Part shown: positions 46,869-60,466 of the stretch, piece by piece
Layout: each line of letters opens with the position of its first letter
How positions within the stretch are numbered: position 1 is the first letter of the stretch
Origin: Massalongia carnosa
Taxonomy: Eukaryota
Direction of reading: 5' to 3'
Length of the DNA: 64,000 nt
Assembly: GCA_965645245.1 (NCBI GenBank)
Contig: OZ287073.1
Span: 434,001-498,000 of the forward strand
Notes under the pieces: generated by a model
The model's database searches: none
What the model saw: only the letters and a program-made list of their open reading frames with translations
Told to the model about the DNA's origin: nothing
Program-made: the position numbers and the translations under genes

Positions 46869-49800
46869 TATTGGAATTTGCCGAGATACCTGAATATTTG
46901 CGACCGAGGTTCTTTTGCCTCCTGCTTACTAATTTCCAGTTTAGGCAATCATATGCTATATGCGAAAAGCTTCAGATATCGGCACGACTTCGGCAACTAC
47001 GAGGAGGCAAAAGTATGCAGCAAGAATGCTACATTTCGGAGGCAATTCAGCTGTTCATGATCACTGAGTGTCTCGGTGTCTCCGGTCAGCAACGAGGTGT
47101 ATTTTGCCCAGCTGAAAAGGTTCAAAGGAAGCAGGTTCATGCATTTGATATAGGCCGAGATGGAGGCCCTCAAGCAGTATAAAGAGACGATGATTCCTCA
47201 AGTAATTTAGCTATTCAGTCGTTCAGAATTCAGTTCAGCAGATAGCTAAATTTGGAGTATCTTTACTGGAAATACGGAGTACCTGCATCACGTTTGCCAA
47301 GCACTTCTCTTTGCCTATCCTTGATAGCCCTAGACCCTCTTCTCCTGCATCCCGCTGCCGTATGCCTGGTTGATTTTTTGTTCAACAGGTTATGAGCCCG
47401 GATAGCACTCTATTCAAATCCAGGAGTATTTATCACTAGATCTTTTATCTTAGGGGATATAGCCCGTGTGCTTGTTTGAACTCCTAGCTATCCATTTCGG
47501 CACTCGAATAGGACGACTCCTTCACCACCAAAATGTCCGCCTCAGAAGACAGCCAAGATACCGGAGGTGCCATGAGGGCATCCACCACCCCCGAGGCAAG
47601 CAAGGCCTCCTCATCAAAGGACAAGGGCCTAGCGGCTATGACAGCCATTGATGGGGGATATAAAAGGGGTGCCGGTGTGAAAGGTGAAGTAAAACTGCCA
47701 AAACTTACTAGCGACAACTACAGGCTCTGGTCCCACCTTTTGAAGGTGCACTTAATTGCCAAAGGGCTCTGGAAAGTAGTCAGTGGAGAGATACTCGAAC
47801 CACCAGGAAGCATGCCTTTGGATAGACTCGTGGATCTTTGATGACGCCACAGCAATCACCATCCTCATGGGAGCCATGGATGAAAGGCAGCAGAAGCATG
47901 TGCAACTGCAGCAATCTGCCAAAGGGGTATGGGATGCCCAAAAGGAAATTCACGGCAAAGACTCTAGGGCACGCTTGGTCCCCATGCTCCGCCGATTTCA
48001 TACGTATAAGGCCAAGTGGGATGCCCAAAAGGAAATTCACGGCAAAGACTCTAGGACACGCTTGGTCCCCATGCTCCGCCGATTTCATACGTATAAGGCC
48101 AAGGCAGAGGAAGGAGTGGATGAGACTGCAGCAGAGCTAGAAGATATGAGGGATATCATCGCAAACATCAACCCAGAGGTGAAGCCATCCGATATCATGA
48201 TGGCCCTAGTCCTAATGGATTCGGTGGATCACGAGCGGTATAATGCGGTGAAATTGCAATTAAACGACTTGGAAAACCTCACGTTTCGGAAGGTGATTGA
48301 AAAATATAAGGAAATCGAGCAGATGGCCAGAGATAACGCGGGGACCCCCTATGAAATCGCTAATAAGGTCTCCGCCAAGCCCTATAAGTTTAAAGGAAAA
48401 TGTTACCACTGCAAGAAACCTGGTCACGTGAAAACCAAGTGTTTTGAATGGCTTGCCAGTGACGAAGGCAAGGCCTACAATGAAGATACCGCCAGCACGG
48501 CCCAATCAAAGGGCAAGAAAGCCAAGGACGGAGGTAAGGGAGAGGAAAAGTTAAGGGATGGCAAACGTGGCAAGGGCCGAGGAGGTCACCTTGCACGCAA
48601 AGCATCCGGCACAAGGGACAGCGACAGTGAGGATAGCGACGACGAGTCAGTATACGGTCGCATGGCCATTGACCACGTGGACCAGAGCGACCATGAGGAT
48701 TACACCGACTACGTCAACAATGGGGCGCGCTATCGCACTTCCCAGAAGTGCTCCTCCCCTAAGAGTTTTGCTAGAGTGGCAAAACTCACTTCCAAAGTAA
48801 TACCCCCGAATGAGTGGATTATTGACTCAGGGGCCAGTCGCCATATGACGGCCAACCGGAAGCTATTCACAAACTTTACACTGCAGGTAAGTTGGGTGAC
48901 GATAGCTAATGGGGTAAAGATTAAATCACCTAGTAAAGGTGATGTGGCTGTGGAGCTGGAGGATAAGAAGTTCAAACTCACAGAAGTGTTATACGTACCT
49001 GAGCTGGATGCGAATTTGTTGTCAATTTCGGCATTACAAGCTAGAGGAATGATTGTGAGGTTTGGATTGAGTTGCGTCGAAATTTCGAGGAGAGGTACCT
49101 GCCTCGCCACCGGGGTTTTGGTGGGAAAAACGTACCTGCTCCGATCCGCAGGAAGCGGAGTGGCCCTGATAGCCACTGAGGATCCCGAGGAAGAAATCCC
49201 TATTACTTCTGATCCAAATATCAGCGAAAGATCGTCCGGAAATCAGAATTTGCCAAGAATGCCAGAAAATGTAAAAGACAACAAAAAAGCAATTAGCACT
49301 CGGTCCCAATTAGAAAGAGACCGATACCTACTATGGCATGGCCGCATGGGGCACGTGGGAGCATACAGACTCACTGTCCTCCATGAAGCCACTAATGGAG
49401 TGGGAGCCAAGTCACATGACCATGAGAAGGAATGCAAATGCATCACATGTACTCAGACGAAAATGACTCGAATAATCAACCGAAACCCACCAGAACGGGC
49501 TACCCGCCGTCTGGAACGAGTCTATTCGGACTTTTGGGGTCCATATCGGGTGCCCAATAACCAGGGGACCAAGTATTTTGTGTCCTTCACCGACGAAGCC
49601 ACCGGCTACTCGGATGTTTACCTCGGGGCCAGGAGCGAGCTAGAAAAGCTCTTTCGGATGTTCAAAAATCGTGCCGAGATCGAGACAGGGGAGCGAATCA
49701 GGACCTTGCGATGTGATAACGCTTTGGAGTATGAAAAACTGGCTAGAACGATATTGCCGGAAGGAATAGTGGTGGAGTTTACCACGGCCTATACCCCTGA

Positions 49801-52378
49801 GCAGAATGGGGTTGCAGAAAGACTCAATAGAACGCTGATGCAGATGGTATCAGCGATGCAGATGTGGTCTGGGTTGCCTAGGTCATTTTGGGGGGACGCA
49901 GTACTGACTGCCAATTATCTGAAGAATCGGCTTCCGTCGAAGCGGTTTGATATGAAGACCCCATATGAGATGTGGCACCAGAAGAAGCCAGGAGGTAGGC
50001 CATATAAGGACCTATGGATGCCTCGTACACGTGCACGTTCCTAGCGAAACTCGTGCGAAGATGGATAAGGTATCCCATCAGGGAATTCTCGTTGGATTCC
50101 GGTCATCCAGACAGTATAAGGTGCATAATCCTGATACGAAAACAGTGGGAGTACATACCTCAGTGAAGTTTTTCGAGGATCGGCCAGGAGGCCCTTTACT
50201 GAACGAACCAGTGGAACCGGGTGAGTGGGAGTTAGATGTTGCAGATTCGGACTACGAACCGGATGAGGAACAAGGAGTTCCTACGCACAAACTTACCAAC
50301 CCTGAGACAGCCTTAGAGTTTCAGGGAACATCAAACCTAGAAAATGACGACGCAATAGTTCTAGGCGATAATGTTCCCGGAGAAAGTATTGAGGGTGCAG
50401 AGAATCCCTCACTGAATGAAGGCGATATTCCCGGAAATCGCGAAACTCCGGGAAATCAAGAAGAAGGAAACGAGATCTCGGAAACTGAAATCCGAGGGCC
50501 AGAATTCGAAGGTCTGCCGACTACTGGGCGAAATTCGCCAGAGCCAGCACAGAATTCAAAAAGGGGGCAGAAAGCCACGCTCCCACCGAAAAATCAACAG
50601 CTTGTTTCCGCAGCATCTTCCCGGTCAAGACGCACGAAAAAGCCGTATGACTCCAAGGCATTTGATAAGTCAAAAGCACCGATGGCTATCGTTTATATAG
50701 CTCGATTGCCTGAACCGGCTACCTATAAGGAAGCCATGACTAGACCAAATCGCCGTGAATGGAAGGGGGCAACGGAAGAAGAGCTAGAAGCGCTGCGGTG
50801 GAAACGCACGTTTATCATCGTGCAGAGGCCGAAAAACCGTAAGCTAATAACTTCGAAATGGGTGTTCAAAATCAAATACACATCCGCCGCAGTTATTGAG
50901 CGGTTCAAGGCCAGACTTTGTGCTAGAGGTTTCAGTCAGAAATATGGCATTGATTACGAAGAGACATTTGCACCCACATTGAGGTTCGAATCTCTGAGAA
51001 TGTTAATGGCAATTACTGCGTTACTGAACCTGGAAGCACATCAAATGGACGTTTCAAATGCCTATTTAGAAGGTGAGTTGGAAGAAGAAATCTACATGGA
51101 AATACCAGAGGGAATGGATGTTCCGAACGAAAAGAATAAGGCCCTTCTACTGCAAAAAGGCCTTTATGGTCTCAAGCAATCCGGCCGAATCTGGAGCAGA
51201 AAGTTCAGAAGGTATCTGAGATCCATTGGATTCGAACCAATCTCAGCCGACAATTGTGTGTTCATAAACCTCCAAGCCGGCGTCATTATCTCAGTATACG
51301 TCGATGATCTTCTCATTTTTGCCGCCAAAATATCCCGCATCAATGCAGTCAAGGCACAGCTAAAACGGGAGTATAAGATGAAGGATTTGGGAGAGGTGGA
51401 CCACATCCTGGGAATGCGAGTGCGGAGGAACCGAAAACCTAGAAATCTAACACTAGATCAGTCAGTATACATCAACAACTTCATTTCGAAATATGGGATG
51501 GAAAATGCACACCCAGTTTCAACTCCGATTGATGGATATGCAGCACTGACTGCCACCACCCCCACGGAACCTAGGACCGACCAACTGGAGTATCAGAAAA
51601 AGCTATGATCCCACCAACGAGGTGGCAGCTGATATTCTGACAAAGCCTTTGACCAAGGCGGCTTTTGAACGCGGACGTGCTCTACTAGGTATGAAGGAAA
51701 CCTAGAGAGTTAGCGATAGTTTATCGCAACCACATCGGCCCACGAGGGCCCATGGCCTACCTGAGCATCGTGTTCAGATGGGCAGAACGCGGAGGATTTC
51801 TTTTAATTTGTTTTTGGGCATGCGAGGGTATGAAGCCATTCAGATACTCGGAGTGGGAGTATTGGAATTTGCCGAGATACCTGAATATTTGCGACCGAGG
51901 TTCTTTTGCCTCCTGCTTACTAATTTCCAGTTTAGGCAATCATATGCTATATGCGAAAAGCTTCAGATATCGGCACGACTTCGGCAACTACGAGGAGGCA
52001 AAAGTATGCAGCAAGAATGCTACATTTCGGAGGCAATTCAGCTGTTCATGATCACTGAGTGTCTCGGTGTCTCCGGTCAGCAACGAGGTGTATTTTGCCC
52101 AGCTGAAAAGGGTCAAAGGAAGCAGGTTCATGCATTTGATATAGGCCGAGATGGAGGCCCTCAAGCAGTATAAAGAGACGATGATTCCTCAAGTAATTTA
52201 GCTATTCAGTCGTTCAGAATTCAGTTCAGCAGATAGCTAAATTTGGAGTATCTTCACTGGAAATACGGAGTACCTGCATCACGTTTGCCAAGCACTTCTC
52301 TTTGCCTATCCTCGATAGCCCTAGACCCTCTTCTCCTGCATCCCGCTGCCGTATGCCTGGTTGATTTTTTGTTCAACA
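46869..52378 (+). mobile_element. Copia LTR retrotransposon (Copia-2), defective
   Basis: 519-bp LTRs at 46869-47387 and 51860-52378, three differences seen; TSD AGAAC; PBS GGTTATGAGCCC; both LTRs have TA...CA ends. Confidence 0.96.
47533..51705 (+). pseudogene. Copia-2 gag-pol
   Basis: CYHCKKPGHVKTKC, WIIDSGAS, WHGRMGH, QNGVAER, YVDD; frameshifts near 47820 and 49990; 87-bp tandem duplication; most of RNase H deleted near 51600. Confidence 0.9.
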
Positions 52379-53309
52379 AGAACCTCGCTGCTTTCTTTTC
52401 CTGCCATTAGCGTCTCTTTCAGCCAAAGGCTCCCCTTTTCTTTTGGAGGGCCTTGTTTTATTGACATTGCAGGGCTCGCATTTCCGCTTCTTCTCCAGAT
52501 GAATATAATGGTGCTCGGGGGTAGAAACTAAAGGCTCAGAGTTGGTCTGAATCCTTATCTTTGACTCATGTCGTCGGGTTTGTCCAGCGGGATTCTTCAT
52601 CAGACTTAGGGCAAGATGATGAGTAAAAACCGTACGAGTGAGTTTTTTTCCTTCTGTTCTGAAGTCATCAATTAGATAAAGCTTGTATGCATTGAGCGCA
52701 GCAGCATCTAACAAAAAAATAAACAGTGGCCACCAATATCGATCGCTTCGGCGTTGATAAGAATAAACCGCTCTCTGCTGAGTATTTCCATCTGACCCAC
52801 CCAATGTGAAGATTATATTCTCTGACTGGTGCGGGAATCGGTAGGCCTAAAGGCCATGAAGGTGTTTGATCAGGCAGCAAAATGATGTGAGCGTACATTG
52901 AGGGATACCTTTTAAGCGGATGTAAATAGTATGAGTCATCAAGCTCCCGAGGATGATGACGAGTAGTCATCAACTGAACGGTGTTATTGTCCACCCATCC
53001 CAAACAGAGCACCTCATCCACAGTCGTACTGGCCCGAAGTCCCCAATGTTTGGATTTAATGGCCACATCACGCAGAGCCAACAACTTCGCGGAAAATCCA
53101 GAGCCCTTTTTAGCTGTTCCACATGCAGCAATTCCTAGTGATCGAAGAGCTTTGAATAGCTTTGTACTGGTAAAGAAGTTATCACAGAAAAGAGTGTAAT
53201 TCAATGGTTCAGGAAGTGTTTTACAAAGCTGAATTACCAGCAAAGCACTATCCGAAAGGCCATCCTTTGCTAAAAAGCTCAGTTGTCTAGCGGTTTTCAA
53301 CTGACTGAT

Positions 53310-53680
53310 TATCAGCCGGAATAATCTCACTCTTTCACATGCTCGATCACATGTACTCGACATGTCCCCTTTCACATGTCCTCTGTATGTCCCCTTTCAC
53401 ATGTGTACTTAGTTATCATTTGAGCTATATATTCTGCTCTATCGAGCTCAGTAGTTCAATAAACTCAGTCTCTACTTCAACCCATCCTATGATCTCTCAG
53501 ATCTCCATACTGATTTTTGTGACCTGATACGTGTTAATCATTGCAGTTTATGTTGGGAAAAGCGACAGAAAACAGAGGGTTTTTACAGCAAAAACACAAG
53601 GTTTCATGGAATTTTTGTCCGAAAGAGATCACAATTCAGAGATCAAAAAGGGAAAATGAGGTTTAATTTTTTAGAAAGAT
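53310..53680. other. Unclassified insertion in piggyBac-like 2
   Basis: Absent from the homologous part of element 1; the first 220 bp has TATCAG...CTGATA ends, CACATGT repeats, a TATA box and AATAAA, resembling an LTR. Confidence 0.45.
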
Positions 53681-54223
53681 ACTAACTTTGGAGGCAAACA
53701 AAAAAGATATCAAGTAGTTATTCTGACAAAGACTATATATTTTAAATCCCTTTCCAGCCTGCTTTGAGGTTATTTGTAGAGTATGACGTGATCGACCTTC
53801 GAATTTAATAAGCTGCTCATCAATTGATATGATGCTTCCTGGTTGATGTTATGATCTACCTAGAGACTAGTCATAGGGACACTAGAAACGAATACAATCA
53901 AGATGAAGAAGAAAAGATCAATTGAAAGACAAATCTCGCTCCTATATAGTCCAGCGGCCCCTAGCCCTCGACCGACTCGTGGAAGGATCTAGAAGGTTCG
54001 AGCATTGACCAGCTATGGAAACCGTGAATGCCGCGATGAGTCTAGCGCGCACACGCGATCCCGTGACTTCGGCTTGTGGCTTGTTCCGCTCCAGTCTACC
54101 GAAGTAGTGCCGAGTAGAACCGTGACACTACCCCCCGATTTAGATCGCGAGTCACCTGACCGCGATAATGTCCGCGTTATCTCCGCTTAATCTGAGACTA
54201 AGTGACCGATGCGATTAGTGCGA

Positions 54224-57200
54224 TCATCGCGGTTTATTTGGGTTTCGTTGATGGAAGTCCTCCACCACTTCTTTTGCATTTTCGAAACCTTCGGCATCAT
54301 ACCATGTCAGGTCCTCGTCAATTCCCTTCCATTTGACCTTGTATTGTACCTTTCGGTACCGCTTTCGTGAGTCCAGAATGTCATCAAGTTCCCATTCTTC
54401 GCTACCTTCTACTACTATGGGTGGCGGTGGCTCGTTTATCTGACCTGGGAGTGGGTCGTCTGAGGCCTTTCGAAGCAAGCTGGTATGGAAGACATCGTGA
54501 ATTTTCATTGATGGTGGCAATTCTAGTTGACAGGATGACCCTACTAACTTCTTGACTCGATAGGGTCCAATCATCTTATGGTCCAATTTCTTGGACGTTC
54601 GTTCTGTCTTGATATTTCGAGTAGATAACCATACCATGTCGCCTACTTCATATGAGACGTCTCTTCGGTGTCGGTCAGCTGCTGTTATTTGCCTTTCTTG
54701 GGCCTTTCCCATATTTTGTTTGACGAAATCCCAGATTTTCTTCATGTCCTCGGTAATCGCTCGGGCTTTTCCATTGGCTAGCCTTTCCCTTGTTGATTCT
54801 GACGACAGTTCGATTGGGTCGAAACTCATCCTTGGTTCATAACCTTTCGTGGCCATGAATGGTGACAGTCCGGTAGTGGCCGATGGTGCGCTGTTTGCGG
54901 CAAATTCCGCTATTGGAAGAAGGTCCGCCCAGTCGTCCTGATTATAGTTCACGAAACTCCGAAGGTGACGTTCCATTTCCTGATTCGCGATTTCACTTTG
55001 TCCATCTGTTTCTGGATGATAGGCTGTGGACAATTTCGCTTTGATTCCAAGGATTTTACACCAGGCTTTCCAAACTGTTGATGTGAATTGGGGGCCCCGG
55101 TCCGATACTATGCTGCTTGGGAGTCCATGATAGCGCCATACGTTGTCCACTAGGAGTTTTGCTGTGGCCTCGGACGTAGTTCCTTCTTCATCACATGTGC
55201 ATGGGATATAGTGTCTCTCTTTGGACAGTCGGTCTACTACCATCAGGATGGCGTCATTTCCATTGCTCTTCGGGAGGCCGGTAACGTAGTCTAGGGTGAT
55301 GTCCATCCATGGTCTTTCTGGTATGGGTAGCGGTTTCAGCAGTCCATTATACTTGTCCCTTGGGGCCTTGGCTCGTCGACACACATGGCAATTTCGCACA
55401 TAGCGGCGTATGTCCTTGTTCATGCCTGGCCACTAGTAGTTCCGGCCGATTACATTCACCGTTCTGGCCATTCCGGGGTGCCCTACCGCCACTTGGTCGT
55501 GTATTTGCCGAATAACCTCTAGGATGGTCTCTTTCTTGTCCGGCACCCATAAGCCCTTTCGTTTGTATAGCAGTCCGTTCTTCTCGGTGCAGTTCTTTAT
55601 GTCCGGTAGAGAGTCGTCATCAGAGTTTCCTTCCTTTATCGCGTTTCGTATTCGGGTGCAGAGTTCGTCTTCGAGGTTTTCCTGTTTGATTCTTTCGTCG
55701 AGGGTCGGGAGTTCGGGGTCGGGTTCATCGTTCCGTGTCGTTTCTTCTGGTTCCGTCGCTTCTTCAATGGGCTGAAGTTCCAATCTTTCCGGGGGCAGTA
55801 GCGTCTGCAATTGGTGCTGCTGCCTTTCATCATCATCGTCGTGGGGCTTATCGTTTGGCCTTCGGGTTAGCGCGTCTGCTTTTTCATTTTTCTTTCCAGG
55901 CCGGTAGGTGATGACGAAATTGAACTCCGAAAGGAACTCCGCCCATCGGGCTTGCCGTCTAGTTAGTTTCTTCGTGGTCATAAAATACTCCAGGCTACGA
56001 TGGTCGGTGAAGATTTTCACTGGTAACTCCGTGCTTTCGAGTTCCGGCTTCCATTGTTCAAAGCATCGAATGATTGCTAGCAGTTCCTTGTCATAGATTT
56101 GGTAGTTGCATTCCGCTGGGCTCATGTTCTTTGAAAAGAAGGCTACCGGGTGAAGTTCTCCGTCGTCTCCTATCTGGGACAACACACCTCCATTGACATG
56201 GTCCGAAGAGTCCGTTTCCAAGTAGCACTGCTTGTTCCGGTCGAAATGTATGAGGATTGGGGCTTCACCGATCCGTTTCTGTAACGTCCTGAAAGCCTTT
56301 TCACATGCTGGGGTCCACTCGAATATCCGTTCTTTCTTTGTAAGGGCGTTCAATGGTTTGGCAATTTTTGAAAAACCCCTGATGAACCGACGATAGAAAT
56401 TGCAAAAACCAATGAGCGACCGAACTTCACGTAGGCAGGTGGGGGTTTCCCATTCCTGAATAGCTTTGATTTTGGCCGGGTCCATGCGAATGCCATCAAC
56501 TCCTATGATCAGTCCCAGATATTTCGTTTCCGTCACATGGAATTCACATTTGTCTACGTCAGCCTGAAGTCCGGCCTCTCGAAGCTTTGTCAAAACGGCC
56601 CGCACATGTTCCCGATGCTCTTTCAGGTTCTTGCTATAAATCAGAATGTCATCCAGGTAAGCCGTGCAGAATTTGTCCAGATAATCGAACAACACATCAT
56701 TGATGAAGTGCTGCCAGGTCGACGGTCCTCCGGAAAGTCCAAACGGTAATACCTTGTATTTATAAGCGCCAAAACGGGAGTTGAACGTGGTCAGGTCTTC
56801 AGATTCCATGGCCATTCGGAGCTTGTGGAACGCCTGTCGGATGTCAATTTTTGAAAAGATCTTAGCTTCCTTCAGCTGGGCCAGTGTTTCCTCGATCAGC
56901 GGGATTGGATAGCGGTCTTTCTTTGACAGCTGGTTCAGCCTTCTATAGTCGACACAAAAGCGAAGTCCTCCATTGGGCTTTCTGGCCAAAAGAATTGGGG
57001 ACGAACAAGCTGCGTGGCTAGCCTCAATGAACCCTTTTCGGAGGTTCTCTTCCAGGTATTTCTTGACGAATTCCAGCTCTTTTTGGGACATGCTTCTGAG
57101 AGGGCTATGTCCGTGATCTTTTCCGCCTTCCAGAATGATTCGATGATCATAGGGGCGGTGAGGTGCCAGCGTGTCGGATGCAGCCTTTGAAAAGACATCC

Positions 57201-58054
57201 AGGAATTCATGGTAATCTGGGGGAACTACGGTCTTCGGGTCAGTAGGGGGACGGTCTTCTTTATTCAGCTGGTACTCGATGTCTTTCAATGAGATGGAAA
57301 ATAATTCAACGTCCTTTTGTTTGGACAATAATCGGTACGCAGCGGTCCCTATCATCGCCATCTCTAGCGGCTTTTCCTCGGTAGTCGGTTTAACCTTGAT
57401 TCCGGAGTCTGATAGTCCTTCTGATAGTCCCTTGTTCGACGTCGTCTTGGTTGAAATTGCCGGTTCTGGCCTGGGTTTTCCAGGTTCGTTTTGATTCATT
57501 CTGGTCAGGATTTTCATGGCCTTCTTCGGTTCAGCGGGTTCTTTTGTCGTCTTCGTTATCTTCTTTTCTGATGGTGGCTTCGATATACCCGAATGCGTGC
57601 AGTGTCCGGGCCGAAAGACTATCTGGTCGGTGGCCATGTCTATGATCACCCCGTGCTTCCTCATCCATGGTTTTCCGAGAATCATCTTGTGTTGTCCGAG
57701 TTTGGTGATCAACAGGGGGGCGACCGTTTCCATATGGTCTTGCACGGTAAGAGTAGGATAGATGGCATGAGTAATGTCTTTACCTCTTTTACCATCGAAC
57801 CCTTTCACCGGTTTCGGTCGTGTTAGTCTCTGAGGGGAAATCTGAAGCTTTTCGCAAACTTCACGCGCAGTCGTTTCATCAATGAAAGCGTGTCCTGTTG
57901 CACCCGTGTCCAACAGTCCCATTACTTTTATTTCTTCGCTGTTACCTAGCCTACATTGTATGACTAGAGGTTCATCCGTAAACAAATCGCCTGGTAAACA
58001 GCTAGATGAAATCAACAAAGGTTCACCTCCATCCGCGCCTTCGGTGGAGGTCAT
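54224..58054 (-). pseudogene. Gypsy-2 Pol (PR, RT, RH, IN, chromodomain) with one in-frame stop
   Basis: LDTGA, YLDD, TDSS/DKEL, integrase and YKVKWKG; TAG at 55433-55435. Confidence 0.93.
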
Positions 58055-58063
58055 TCTTTTCCC
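58024..58063 (-). promoter_or_regulatory. Putative -1 ribosomal frameshift signal
   Basis: Slippery heptamer GGGAAAA (58057-58063) at the end of gag, followed by stem ACCTCCA...TGGAGGT; pol is in the -1 frame. Confidence 0.7.
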
Positions 58064-59295
58064 GAATTGGCTTCCTCAGCGATCTCCTGTATTCTCGCTG
58101 GCCGATTCTTCTTCTTTTCGCAGTCCCTAGATAAATGTCCCGTTTCCTTGCAAAAGAAACAACGACCTTCCCTTGTCAGTCGCTCCTTTTCCTCGTCTGA
58201 CATGTAGTAAGTGGTCCTTGGTGTAGATGGGTTGGAGGTCGGGCGGGGCGGCACGTAGGTCTTGGTGGTGGCCGTCGTGGTTGTCCTTGTAGCGGAGGTG
58301 CTCGGGATGCTCTGAGCCATGCTAGCACGTTTCTCGGCGAACCGTTCCATGCTGGCCTTACTTCGGTCCGACTCCTTGAGGCTCTGGTAAAGGCGTTGAC
58401 ACTTCTGCGCGAATTCGTATAGGTCGGTCGGTTCCAGGTCGCCGGTAGCCAATTGTCTGCTCATTTCCCAAGAGAGCTTATACTTCAATTCACCGATTAG
58501 CGTTTCCTCGTTATGGTCCAACTCAGCTGCTAGACGTTGGAACTCGGCCCAAAAGGTGTTGAAGTCCTTGCTTCCTTGTTTGAGCGATCGGAAATTGTTC
58601 ATGGCGGTCCGCTTGCGGTTAGGGTCGCCGTATATGCGTTCTAATTGGTCGAACATTTCCTCGGCCGTCGTAAAGGGTCTGATGGCACCTTTCCGAAGTC
58701 GAGGTTCAAGGTGACCCATAGCTTCGCCACCGACCCGGTTCTCCACGTATGCCTTCTTTAGGACTTCTGTCGGCATGTGGTCATCATTGGCCGCTAGTTT
58801 GCTCCGCATCTTCGTTAGCCAATGGTCAATGGAAATCTCTTTTCCATCGGTAAAGATGGGTGGGTCAGGGAGTTTCATGGACTTCTTCTTGTCCGTTCCA
58901 TCGGTCACCTGGGTGCTGGGTGTGTGAGAAGGAGAGCGAGGGCGTGGTGGTTCTCGGGTTGGTTCCTTGGTGGCCTGACGCCGTGCCTCCCTGAGTTCCT
59001 CCTTCTGGTACTCCACAATTCCCTCTAGCTGGTTTATCCTATCTCGAAAACATTCCATCTTTCCGACCGCGTTACCATGGCGGATGAGATTGTCGAGGTA
59101 GGTGGCCTTCAGATCCTGGAACATGTCGGATACCGCTTGTGGGTCATGCTCCATCCATGCCTTCAATTGTCGCACGTTCTCCACCATCATAGGTTCAGCT
59201 ACTTCTAGTTCGTCGTCAGTTTCTCGGGTTTCTGGAATGATGGACTCCCGTCTAGTTGGGAGGTCATCTTCGATTATCATGGGTCGCGCCATCAC
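58051..59295 (-). CDS. Gypsy-2 Gag
   Basis: LPDPPIF, LKQG and the CFFCKETGHLSRDC knuckle. Confidence 0.92.
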   Translation of the reverse strand: MMARPMIIEDDLPTRRESIIPETRETDDELEVAEPMMVENVRQLKAWMEHDPQAVSDMFQDLKATYLDNLIRHGNAVGKMECFRDRINQLEGIVEYQKEELREARRQATKEPTREPPRPRSPSHTPSTQVTDGTDKKKSMKLPDPPIFTDGKEISIDHWLTKMRSKLAANDDHMPTEVLKKAYVENRVGGEAMGHLEPRLRKGAIRPFTTAEEMFDQLERIYGDPNRKRTAMNNFRSLKQGSKDFNTFWAEFQRLAAELDHNEETLIGELKYKLSWEMSRQLATGDLEPTDLYEFAQKCQRLYQSLKESDRSKASMERFAEKRASMAQSIPSTSATRTTTTATTKTYVPPRPTSNPSTPRTTYYMSDEEKERLTREGRCFFCKETGHLSRDCEKKKNRPARIQEIAEEANSGKE

Positions 59296-60466
59296 TGTAG
59301 GGGAGGCTTCCTTCGGTTCTTCTAGGTTCGTTTTCTAGGTTTGGTTCGGTTCGGTTCGGTTCGGTTCGGTGCCAACGCAGTGGCGGTCTCTGGTTCTTCT
59401 GGTTTCGTTTCGGTTCGTCGTTTTGGTTCAGGTTCGGTTTCTTTTCAGTGTCTTCGTGGTTCAGGTGAGTTCTTTTATATCCCTCACGAAGGATAGCGAA
59501 GGTAAATGATCTTGATTGTAATGTTATGATCTACCTAGAGACTAGTCATAGGGACACTAGAAACGAATACAATCAAGATGAAGAAGAAAAGATCAATTGA
59601 AAGACAAATCTCGCTCCTATATAGTCCAGCGGCCCCTAGCCCTCGACCGACTCGTGGAAGGATCTAGAAGGTTCGAGCATTGACCAGCTATGGAAACCGT
59701 GAATGCCGCGATGAGTCTAGCGCGCACACGCGATCCCGTGACTTCGGCTTGTGGCTTGTTCCGCTCCAGTCTACCGAAGTAGTGCCGAGTAGAACCGTGA
59801 CAGTTGATAGTACTTCAACGAGGCCTGACGAAAATCAGTAGCAAGAGGTTCCAACTTCTTCCACCAATCGACTCCTTTACCCATGCGCGGAGGTTCTGTA
59901 CGTCCATTATTAAGCTTTTAGAATCTCTTGATTTGTTGCAATCGTACGAGGGACATGGCTTGTAAAATAGATAGGAAAATGGGCTTGTCGAGGCATTGAT
60001 TCCAGTAATCTTCCGTGGCAGGCGCATGATCCATGCCAATAAACAAAAGAATGCCCAAAAAAACCTCAATTTCTGGTCCAATGGTGTTATACCATGGGCG
60101 ATGATTATTCTCCTTTTCTTTCTCTGTATGATCGTGGGCCTTGATGTTCGTGTGATATGTGATGGTCCGACAGAGCTGAGTCGTAATAAGGAGCTGAAAA
60201 AATCCAAGAGGAGTATCAACAAGACCATTCACCAGCGCTCTTAGAGGTCTATCATCAATTGAAATGGTTTTGTAACTCGAAAGAGGAGGAGGAATGTCAG
60301 CCAAGATGCTTTTAACAGTGCCTTTGCTATTTATTCTATGTTGCTTTGCTGAAACGGGGGATTTGTCTGAAACACTCGGAATTTCTTCTTCATTTAGTCC
60401 CATGACGCTGGATAAAATATAATATGATGGCAATTGATGGTAAGGAGATTAACTTTTCTAATGATA

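Larger units (their letters stand above)
53847..59802 (-). mobile_element. Gypsy/chromovirus LTR retrotransposon (Gypsy-2)
   Basis: 281-bp LTRs at 59522-59802 and 53847-54127 with no differences noticed; TSD GTTGA; PPT at 54128-54137. Confidence 0.97.
46604..60464 (-). mobile_element. piggyBac-like element 2, fragmented by nested insertions
   Basis: End TCCCTCTCGCTG at 46604; transposase pieces at about 46780-46868, 52379-53309, 53680-53846 and 59803-60433, homologous to element 1; other end not in view. Confidence 0.8.

Noticed and set aside
46830..47182. ORFs repeated at 51752-52173
   Set aside because: They fall within the two Copia-2 LTRs.
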